Shown: positions 55,348 through 62,429 of the stretch, piece after piece
How positions within the stretch are numbered: position 1 is the stretch's first letter
How the letters are laid out: the number at the start of each line of letters is the position of its first letter
Source: an uncultured Balneolaceae bacterium
GTDB taxonomy: Bacteria > Bacteroidota > Rhodothermia > Balneolales > Balneolaceae
Direction of reading: 5' to 3'
DNA: 64,000 bases
Assembly: GCA_963977025.1 (NCBI GenBank)
Contig: CAXBMW010000002.1
Span: forward strand, 57,641-121,640
Notes under the pieces: generated by a model
Database searches by the model: none
The model's input: the letters and a program-made list of their open reading frames with translations, nothing else
Told to the model about the DNA's origin: nothing
Program-made: the position numbers and the translations under genes

Positions 55348-56340
55348 ATGGCTACTTCTAGATATGATAAAATCCCTTATGAAAGAGCGGGGATAAGCGG
55401 ACTTTTTCTTTCACGTTTGTCACTTGGTTTATGGCATAACTTTGGAGGGAAAGCAGATCTTGATATTTCGAAAGAAATTCTACATGCAGCTTTTGATAAC
55501 GGAATAACGCATTTCGATTTGGCTAATAATTACGGGCCACCTCCAGGTTCAGCTGAAGAAAATTTCGGTAAGATTTTGAAAAGTGATTTTCAATCCCACA
55601 GAGATGAACTAATTATATCAACAAAAGCGGGATATAAAATGTGGGATGGTCCATACAATGACGGTGGTTCTCGCAAATATTTAATTTCAAGTCTCGATCA
55701 AAGCCTGAAAAGAATGCAGTTAGAGTATGTAGATATTTTCTATCATCATCGCCCAGATTCAAACACACCAATCGAAGAGTCGATGTTGGCTTTAGATCAA
55801 ATCGTTCGTTCAGGAAAAGCTTTATATGTCGGAGTTTCAAACTACTCTGGTGAGCAAACTAAACGTGCTGCAGAAATTCTGCGTGAGTTAAATACACCGT
55901 TCATTATCCATCAGCCTAAGTACAACATGTTTGTTCGTGGTGTGGAAAAAGATCTTTTCCCGGTGTTAGAACAAGAGGGCTTAGGCTGTATTCCATTTTC
56001 GCCACTAGCTCAAGGTCTTCTAACAAATAAGTACCTCGGTGGCATCCCAAAGAATTCTAGAATTGCTGACCCCGATGGCTTTTTAAAAGAGACTGATTTA
56101 GACGAAAGTGTACGTTCTAAAATACTAGCGTTAAATGAAGTAGCGGTTAGTCGTGGACAAAGTTTAGCCCAACTAGCTTTGGCGTGGGTATTACGTAAAG
56201 AAGTAGTTACTTCAGCGTTAATTGGTGTAAGTAGCGTTTCTCAACTTCTAGATAATATTTCAACTCTAGACAATGTGGAGCTTCATATGGATGAACAAAT
56301 CAAAATTGAAAACATTCTAGACTCTAAAACCCACCATTAA
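55348..56340 (+). CDS. Aldo-keto reductase, YghZ/Gpr-like (L-glyceraldehyde-3-phosphate reductase type)
   Basis: Has an AKR fold with the N-terminus GISGLFLSRLSLGLWHNFGG. Also present are FDLANNYGPPPGSAEENFG, ISTKAG, YVDIFYHHRPD and LAQGLLTNKY, which closely recall E. coli YghZ. Confidence 0.8.
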   Translation: MATSRYDKIPYERAGISGLFLSRLSLGLWHNFGGKADLDISKEILHAAFDNGITHFDLANNYGPPPGSAEENFGKILKSDFQSHRDELIISTKAGYKMWDGPYNDGGSRKYLISSLDQSLKRMQLEYVDIFYHHRPDSNTPIEESMLALDQIVRSGKALYVGVSNYSGEQTKRAAEILRELNTPFIIHQPKYNMFVRGVEKDLFPVLEQEGLGCIPFSPLAQGLLTNKYLGGIPKNSRIADPDGFLKETDLDESVRSKILALNEVAVSRGQSLAQLALAWVLRKEVVTSALIGVSSVSQLLDNISTLDNVELHMDEQIKIENILDSKTHH

Positions 56341-56361
56341 CTAACCGGTATTGTTAACCCA

Positions 56362-58146
56362 ATGAACGTTTACAAAGCTGTATCTCTTTTGCTTCTTATC
56401 TGTTTGTTATCTACCTCAAATGGATGGACGCAGAATAAAGAAACAGTTCCTGTTTCAAGTAAGCCATTTAACAATTCCGAACAAACATTTCGCTTTGCAA
56501 TTGTTTCGGACAGAACTGGAGGAATGAGAGGGGGTGTATTTAAAGAAGCAATTGGCAAACTAAATATACTCCAACCCGAGTTTGTGCTTTCTGTAGGTGA
56601 CTTAATAGATGGCTACACCGAAGATCCTGAAGTGTGGAATGCACAATGGGATGAATTTGATGGGATGATTAATAACCTCGAAATGCCATTTTATTATGTA
56701 GCGGGTAACCACGATACAAGTAATGAGCTACTCACCAATGTTTGGCAAGCTCGCCACGGTAGAGATTACTATCACTTCAAATATAAAGACGTACTCTTTT
56801 TAGCTCTTAATACTGATGAGATTAAAAACGGAGGAATTAGCAAAGATCAAATTCAATACTTCCAAAAGGTACTAGCCGAGAATAACGATGTAAGCTGGAC
56901 ACTCATATTCATGCATCGCCCACTCTGGTCTTATGGTGATACTCAAGGTTATAGCGAAGTTGAAAAAGCTCTAGGTTCAAGAAATTACACGGTTTTTTCA
57001 GGTCACCATCATTTCTACCAATTTAAAATGCATAATGGAATGGAACACTTCACCCTTGCGACAACAGGTGGTGGAAGTGATATGAGAAATCCTGATGTGG
57101 GTGAATTTGATCATATAACTTGGGTTACCATGAAAGAGAAAGGTCCAGTAACTGCACACTTAGAACTTTCAGGGATTTATGAAAAAGACATTGTACCCGA
57201 AGAAGATTACGCTGACATCCAAAAACTTAGACAGGGTAACTGGTTAGAGATTAAACCTGTTATTACTGAAACAGAGTTAGTGTCGAAATTTCCACTCACC
57301 TTAACTTTGAAGAATACTTCTGATAGAGAATTTTTAATACAAGGAGTACTTGCAGATCAAGAAGACATGCAATTTCAGCCGAAATCAATAAGCGAACTTA
57401 TTTCTCCGCAATCTGAAAAAGAAATCATGATTCAAGTTTCTAGTAAGAAAGAGCTGTTTTCGATTGCTGAACTCAATAATCAACCTCTTTCTATTACTCT
57501 GGATGCAGGCTTTGTTCGGAAAACAAGAAATGATATAGCACTACCAACTTCTAAAAAGATAAAGGTTGATTGGAAACACCGCTTTACTAAAGCAGAGAAA
57601 CCTATAACCATTGACGGTGATTTTTCTGATTGGGAAAACACTGACTGGATAGATGTTGAGCTACCTCAATACTTTTATGAGGATTGGGACTGGAAGGGGA
57701 AAGACGATGGGGCGTTCAAGTTTGCTTTAACCAGCGACGATAAGAACATCTATGTCGGCGTTCAGTTCAAAGATCAGAAGACCATTGCTTCTCCAACCGA
57801 TGTTAAGGTTTTACAGGATAAGTTCTATGTGCACTTAACTTCTGATGGTACAGATTCTAGTTTTATACAGCTAGAGATTGCCAAAGCTGGCATTCTAGTA
57901 AACAAGTCTGTATCGGGTATTAATTATGTGATAAAAGAACATCAAAACGGACAATCATTAGAATTGGCATTTCCAATTTCTCAACTGTTAGCCGACAACT
58001 CTGTTTTAGAAAAACTTCGAGTTAATATTGGGATTATGGATCATGATAGACCAGAGAATACGAAACCGTCGGTACTTTGGTGGCGCCCAGTTTGGCAGAG
58101 TGATTCAGATTACCCAAACAGCGGTATGTTCTATTTCAAAAAGTAG
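56362..58146 (+). CDS. Secreted calcineurin-like metallophosphoesterase with a C-terminal CBM9/DOMON-like carbohydrate-binding domain
   Basis: Phosphoesterase motifs are FAIVSDRTGG, SVGDLIDG, VAGNHD, MHRPLW and SGHHH. The C-terminal region ITIDGDFSDWENTDWIDVE...KFALTSDDKNIYVGVQ resembles CBM family 9-type modules. Confidence 0.8.
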   Translation: MNVYKAVSLLLLICLLSTSNGWTQNKETVPVSSKPFNNSEQTFRFAIVSDRTGGMRGGVFKEAIGKLNILQPEFVLSVGDLIDGYTEDPEVWNAQWDEFDGMINNLEMPFYYVAGNHDTSNELLTNVWQARHGRDYYHFKYKDVLFLALNTDEIKNGGISKDQIQYFQKVLAENNDVSWTLIFMHRPLWSYGDTQGYSEVEKALGSRNYTVFSGHHHFYQFKMHNGMEHFTLATTGGGSDMRNPDVGEFDHITWVTMKEKGPVTAHLELSGIYEKDIVPEEDYADIQKLRQGNWLEIKPVITETELVSKFPLTLTLKNTSDREFLIQGVLADQEDMQFQPKSISELISPQSEKEIMIQVSSKKELFSIAELNNQPLSITLDAGFVRKTRNDIALPTSKKIKVDWKHRFTKAEKPITIDGDFSDWENTDWIDVELPQYFYEDWDWKGKDDGAFKFALTSDDKNIYVGVQFKDQKTIASPTDVKVLQDKFYVHLTSDGTDSSFIQLEIAKAGILVNKSVSGINYVIKEHQNGQSLELAFPISQLLADNSVLEKLRVNIGIMDHDRPENTKPSVLWWRPVWQSDSDYPNSGMFYFKK

Positions 58147-58176
58147 TAAGCAGTTGGTTGAATTTGTATTTACGAA

Positions 58177-58208
58177 TTTATTCACGTTATTCTAGAAATG
58201 TGAATAAA
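58177..58208 (+). other. 9-bp inverted repeat between the phosphoesterase and NTF2-like genes (terminator or operator candidate)
   Basis: The arms tttattcac (58177-58185) and gtgaataaa (58200-58208) are separated by a 14-nt loop. Confidence 0.3.
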
Positions 58209-58216
58209 CTATTTCT

Positions 58217-58696
58217 ATGACAAGATTAGCTATAATTTCTATTCTCTGTTTGCTAACACTATTGGTCGCAACCTCAATAAGCAGTGCACAAACATCTAAC
58301 GAAGCCGCTATCAAGAACCAAATTCATACCTTGTTTGAAGGAATGAGAGCTGGTGATAGTTCAAAAGTGAGCAGTGTTTTTTATCCAAAGGCTATTATGC
58401 AGACTGTGGCAAAAGGAAAAGATGGGAAGGAGCAACTAATTCTTGGCTCCCTCCAAAATTTTTTAAAAGCTGTTGGAACTCCTCATGATATAGTATGGGA
58501 TGAAAGAATCTCAACTATCGATGTGAAGATTGATGGAGCTTTAGCGCAGGCTTGGGTTCCGTACTCTTTTTATCGAGGAGATGATTTTTCACATTGCGGG
58601 GTAAATTCACTCCAACTAAAAAAAGGGGATGACGGATGGAAAATAATCTATATCGTTGACACTCGACGTCCAACAAACTGTATTGAAAAACTTTAA
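58217..58696 (+). CDS. Secreted NTF2-like (SnoaL/DUF4440-type) protein
   Basis: Has a signal peptide (LLTLLVATSISSAQ). The size and pattern are typical of NTF2-fold proteins (IKNQIHTLFEGMRAGD...DGALAQAWVPYSFY...GVNSLQLKKGDDGWKIIY). Confidence 0.6.
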   Translation: MTRLAIISILCLLTLLVATSISSAQTSNEAAIKNQIHTLFEGMRAGDSSKVSSVFYPKAIMQTVAKGKDGKEQLILGSLQNFLKAVGTPHDIVWDERISTIDVKIDGALAQAWVPYSFYRGDDFSHCGVNSLQLKKGDDGWKIIYIVDTRRPTNCIEKL

Positions 58697-58707
58697 ATAC
58701 CATTTCT

Positions 58708-59223
58708 ATGAAAAAAATTATCGCAACATTACTTTTTAGTGCCTTTATAAGCTCAGCGCTTTTTGCACAATACGAGGAAGAAGTAAAATCTGTAGACTCT
58801 ATAATAAAGGCGCTTTACTCTACAATATCTGGCGAAAAAGGGGAACCTAGAAATTGGGATCTTTTCAGATATCTAGTAATACCAGAGGCACAGTTAATTC
58901 CTACGTCCAAAAATTCAGATGGCAAACTTGTGTATACCGTTATTACGCCAGAACAGTTTATTAAACAAGCTGACAAGAATTTTGTGGAAAATGGATTTTA
59001 CGAATACGAAACCAATCGTGATACTCAAGATTATGGCCACGTTGTGCATGTGTTTAGTACTTACGCTTCAAAAAGAAGTAAACACGACGCGGAGCCGTTT
59101 AACGAAGGAATTAACAGCATTCAATTGTTTAATGATGGATCGCGCTGGTGGGTTGTCTCCATCTATTGGGCACACGAAACAGATTACAACCCCATTCCAA
59201 AAAAGTATAAAGCCAAATCGTAG
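58708..59223 (+). CDS. Secreted NTF2-like protein (second copy, divergent)
   Basis: Has a signal peptide (FISSALFAQ). The pattern IIKALYSTISGE...GINSIQLFNDGSRWWVVSIYW resembles the preceding gene's fold class. Confidence 0.55.
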   Translation: MKKIIATLLFSAFISSALFAQYEEEVKSVDSIIKALYSTISGEKGEPRNWDLFRYLVIPEAQLIPTSKNSDGKLVYTVITPEQFIKQADKNFVENGFYEYETNRDTQDYGHVVHVFSTYASKRSKHDAEPFNEGINSIQLFNDGSRWWVVSIYWAHETDYNPIPKKYKAKS

Positions 59224-59282
59224 CTTAGTAGTAGATATTAGATAATTCGTTGACGGTTTGAGACCAGAAAAAAATCTCGGTC

Positions 59283-59303
59283 ATCCCGAATTTATTTCGG
59301 GAT
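59283..59303 (+). terminator. Hairpin downstream of the NTF2-like gene
   Basis: The perfect 8-bp stem atcccgaa (59283-59290) / ttcgggat (59296-59303) has a 5-nt loop. It lies 60 nt after the stop at 59223. No T-run follows. Confidence 0.35.
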
Positions 59304-59616
59304 CTTGCGAAATGGCTTTAAACTCAGGCGTTAATTCAACTTCTTTTTGGACAACGAACAACGTTTCCAATCTTAGCTAGTACCTTTTTAACAATTCTAT
59401 TCAACTTAATACCCACGGCTATTGTGAATCAGAAGTTGACTGATTTAGTAGTTGAATTGTAAGTAGAAAACGTTGAGTGTCATTGTTGATTGGAAAGGGA
59501 TTTACAAACATCTGTATCCACACAAAGAAACTGAAACAGGTACAGCATAATCTCCCATTTTATTACGGTAACCTTAGATAATTTCTGTTAACGAAATAAC
59601 TGACCACTACAATAGC

Positions 59617-60318
59617 TTACTCAACAATACTAAACCGCGTTTTAGTTTCGCTTCTAGAAAAAGCATCAAAATGCCACCATTCACTATCTAAAGTTAGGAA
59701 GCCGGCTTTTGTCATTACAGAACGTAATAGAAGTCGGTTTTCTCTTTGTTGGGAAGTTAGTAAACCTTGTGCAACTAGTTCTTCCTCATTGTCAGTGTGT
59801 GCAAGAGTTGAAAAATCATCGTAACCAGTGCCCATATCTAAGGGAGTTCCATCAGCTTTTGCTATCGTAAGATCTACAGCACAACCGTAATTATGAATGG
59901 AACCTGATACTGGGTTAGCTATATATTGAGAGCGCTCTTCTAGAGGCAAATCTGAGCTATCCCATAGAACTTGTTGTATTCTTCTTGGGCGAGCTACATC
60001 GTAAATTAATAACCGAAGTTCGGGCGCTTCTTCATTAAGCATATGTTGAGCATTCAAGAGCTTGCTAAGTGCCTCTGGCTGTAAATAACCAGTTCTTAGA
60101 TTCCCGTATACATTTTTGCCCATAAAGTTATCAGTAGTAGCATACCTAAGCTCTACGATGATTTTTGTGCTATCAGTGTCAATTTTATGCAGACCTTGAG
60201 TGGTAAATTCTGAATCCCAGTCAATCGGTGTGTTTTCCATCTGCTTTTGATTTGTATTGCATGAGCTTAAAAAGCCAACGCTAACTAAAAGAGTTAAAGT
60301 GTAGAGTAAGTGTTTCAT
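59617..60318 (-). CDS. M15-family D-alanyl-D-alanine dipeptidase (VanX/DdpX-like) lipoprotein
   Basis: Has a lipobox (VGFLSSC), the zinc motif SIHNYGCAVD (S-x-H-x-x-G-x-A-x-D) and EWWHFD. Confidence 0.85.
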   Translation of the reverse strand: MKHLLYTLTLLVSVGFLSSCNTNQKQMENTPIDWDSEFTTQGLHKIDTDSTKIIVELRYATTDNFMGKNVYGNLRTGYLQPEALSKLLNAQHMLNEEAPELRLLIYDVARPRRIQQVLWDSSDLPLEERSQYIANPVSGSIHNYGCAVDLTIAKADGTPLDMGTGYDDFSTLAHTDNEEELVAQGLLTSQQRENRLLLRSVMTKAGFLTLDSEWWHFDAFSRSETKTRFSIVE

Positions 60319-61214
60319 TTGTCACGAATTTCAAAGTCATAAATGAGTTTAGCAATATCGGCAGAAGCGTCTAGCACAGCAGGTCTATCGGGTGCATTTT
60401 TTGAGAGAAATACCAAGACGAATCGGCCACCACTAGGAGTATAAACAATTCCAGAATCGTGATGAACGCCTGTTATCCAGCCTGTTTTGTGTGCTACTAC
60501 CGTTCCTATTGGAAGCTTTAAAGGAATCATGTCGTTGTATTGTTGTTCCTTCAATATTTCCAACATCTCTTTATTCGCCTGAGGACTTATAAGAGTATCT
60601 GTACCCAATTGTTCGTAAATGGTAAGTAAGTCTCTTGCAGTGGTAGTATTACTTAAGCCTTGTTCATATGCCTTTAAATCTTCAACACCACGTAATACTT
60701 CAATACTATCTGCACCAAGAGCTCTCATGGTGGCCGTTACTTTTTTGGCATCAACGAGATCAATGAGCAAGTTAGTGGCAAAATTACTACTCCGAGTAAT
60801 CATCTCATAAGCCAAATGGGAGATACTTGTAGCTTTATTTACATTAGTAAAGAGATCCTTTTCACCTTCTTCGCTCAACTCCATGGTAAAGGTTGAGCCA
60901 TCTACAATACTTTTAAATTCGTTTTTGATTAGAATAGAATCGTTGACTGAAAACAATCCTTCATTTGCTTGCTTATACACTTCTATTAAAACGGGTGTCT
61001 TCATCGTGCTAGCCGCATGAAAACGTTCATCTGGGTTTATCAAAAGCTCGGTTGTTGAGTTGGATAAACTTTTATACGCAATGGCGAAGTCTCCTTCAAG
61101 CGGTTCAAGGCGATTATTAATAGCCGTGTTTAATTCCTCGATAGTTTTAGGGCTAGATTGACATGCTATTAGAGATATAGTAAGTAGCAGAAGAAATAAA
61201 AAAAAGTGTCGCAT
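60315..61214 (-). CDS. Class-A beta-lactamase-fold serine hydrolase lipoprotein
   Basis: Has a lipobox (ISLIACQ), S-x-x-K (ASTMKT), S-x-N (RSSNFATN) and KTG (AHKTGW). A 4-nt overlap joins it to the downstream dipeptidase gene. Confidence 0.8.
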   Translation of the reverse strand: MRHFFLFLLLLTISLIACQSSPKTIEELNTAINNRLEPLEGDFAIAYKSLSNSTTELLINPDERFHAASTMKTPVLIEVYKQANEGLFSVNDSILIKNEFKSIVDGSTFTMELSEEGEKDLFTNVNKATSISHLAYEMITRSSNFATNLLIDLVDAKKVTATMRALGADSIEVLRGVEDLKAYEQGLSNTTTARDLLTIYEQLGTDTLISPQANKEMLEILKEQQYNDMIPLKLPIGTVVAHKTGWITGVHHDSGIVYTPSGGRFVLVFLSKNAPDRPAVLDASADIAKLIYDFEIRDK

Positions 61215-61245
61215 TCTGTATAAATAGGCTAGTGGAAATCAAAAA

Positions 61246-61274
61246 AAAAGCTCCAACTAGAAAGCGGAGCTTTT
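61246..61274 (-). terminator. Rho-independent terminator of the histone-like gene
   Basis: On the minus strand it reads aaaagctcc-gctttctagtt-ggagctttt followed by a long T-run (the complement of the poly-A at 61241-61249). It lies 25 nt downstream of the stop at 61299. Confidence 0.7.
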
Positions 61275-61298
61275 AAAAAAATAAAAAAAGCGAAGTTA

Positions 61299-61475
61299 TT
61301 AGTCTTCGTTTTTTTTGTTTTGAATTTCAAGACGAATGTCTTGAGCAAGTTTTTTGAGATCTTGAAGCCCTTTACGTGCACGAGTACCCGCAGCTTTGTT
61401 TCCCTTATCGTAAAATTTTTCCATTTCTTCAGAAACTTGGTTAACTAAGCCTTGTAGTTCTGTTACTCTACTCAT
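61299..61475 (-). CDS. Histone H1-like (Hc1-type) small basic nucleoid protein
   Basis: At 58 aa it falls below the ORF-track cutoff. Translated by hand: MSRVTELQGLVNQVSEEMEKFYDKGNKAAGTRARKGLQDLKKLAQDIRLEIQNKKNED. The core FYDKGNKAAGTRARKxLQ is the hallmark of bacterial histone-H1-like proteins. It has its own terminator. Confidence 0.8.
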   Translation of the reverse strand: MSRVTELQGLVNQVSEEMEKFYDKGNKAAGTRARKGLQDLKKLAQDIRLEIQNKKNED

Positions 61476-61562
61476 TATACAACTCCGTTTATTTTTGTTA
61501 AATGTATCTTCCTAATTGGAATCTGCGTTGAAGCTATTCAATCAACGCTATCAAATCAAATT

Positions 61563-61607
61563 AAAAAGTGCTTTTTTTCACATTATTTGAATAAAAAAGC
61601 ACTTTTT
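61563..61607. other. 15-bp perfect AT-rich inverted repeat (terminator or regulatory hairpin) between cdd and the histone-like gene
   Basis: The arm aaaaagtgctttttt (61563-61577) pairs with aaaaaagcacttttt (61593-61607) across a 15-nt loop. A second 7-bp hairpin, gcgttga/tcaacgc, lies at about 61525-61548. Confidence 0.4.
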
Positions 61608-61718
61608 TGAAGTTTTACGACTGATTTTTACAAAAAAACGAGTTTTCTAATAATTTCCCAGAGATAAAACGACTCGATTTTGGCAAAATGATTTTAAAAA
61701 ACGGTCAAAACTGAGCGA

Positions 61719-62423
61719 TTACTTTGCATCCAAGGAGCTAGAACTAAAGCTAAAAGGGAGCAAGTCTGGAACTTGATGGCGAGATAGAGTTCCGTCTGCG
61801 TGGTACATATCTATAGGTTGTTGAGGTAGATGTTGAACCAGTACTTGCCGGCATGCACCACATGGACTACTCACTTCTCCCTTAAGAGTATGGACCGCCA
61901 TTTTGGTAAATGAGTTAATCCCCATTGCCAGCGCTTTGCAAATAGCCACTCGTTCGCCACATAATCCTTTAGTCCAATCACTCACTTCGATATTTACTCC
62001 AGTGATAGCTTTATTATCTGCAAATAATAATGCCGAAACAGGAAAATCGGAATTTGGGGTAACAGCACTAGCAAGAAGCTGTTTTAGCATAGGGAGGGTT
62101 TCTTTTTCAGAGATTTCTAAAACTTTTGAAGAACATGTAATTACCGAGATATCATCCGTTACAATCAACTCTATGTCAAATTCTTTTAACCAAAAATCTA
62201 GCTGTTCAAGATTTCGATCTTTGGCAATTAGTTTAACAGGGGTGTCTCCCTCAGATAAACAATGACAAACGGCAGCTTGTGTTGCAGGGACTGTAATTGG
62301 GAATGAAACGTTTTCTACACGTACTCCAGCATAATAGAGTCCGCTTTTGCCTAATACAATACAGGCTCTCGGTTGTTTTGAGTAAGGAGTATAAGCTCGA
62401 TTATAAAGGGCGTCCCATTTCAT
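61719..62423 (-). CDS. cdd: Tandem-domain cytidine deaminase (degenerate N-terminal CDA fold + catalytic C-terminal CDA domain)
   Basis: The C-terminal domain has the zinc and catalytic motifs LCGERVAI (C-x-E) and SPCGACRQ. The N-terminal domain keeps the fold motif YTPYSKQPRACIVL...GVRVENVSF, but the C-A-E position reads VPATQAAV and it has no PCxxC. Confidence 0.8.
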   Translation of the reverse strand: MKWDALYNRAYTPYSKQPRACIVLGKSGLYYAGVRVENVSFPITVPATQAAVCHCLSEGDTPVKLIAKDRNLEQLDFWLKEFDIELIVTDDISVITCSSKVLEISEKETLPMLKQLLASAVTPNSDFPVSALLFADNKAITGVNIEVSDWTKGLCGERVAICKALAMGINSFTKMAVHTLKGEVSSPCGACRQVLVQHLPQQPIDMYHADGTLSRHQVPDLLPFSFSSSSLDAK

Positions 62424-62429
62424 AGAATG

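Noticed and set aside
59531-59552. The sequence ctgaaacaggtacagcataat resembling a dispersed Bacteroidota hairpin repeat (the pseudo-peptide LKQVQH seen in spurious ORFs)
   Set aside because: Here it forms only a weak 5-bp stem. My recollection of the repeat family is not verifiable without a genome-wide search, so I do not call it a repeat.
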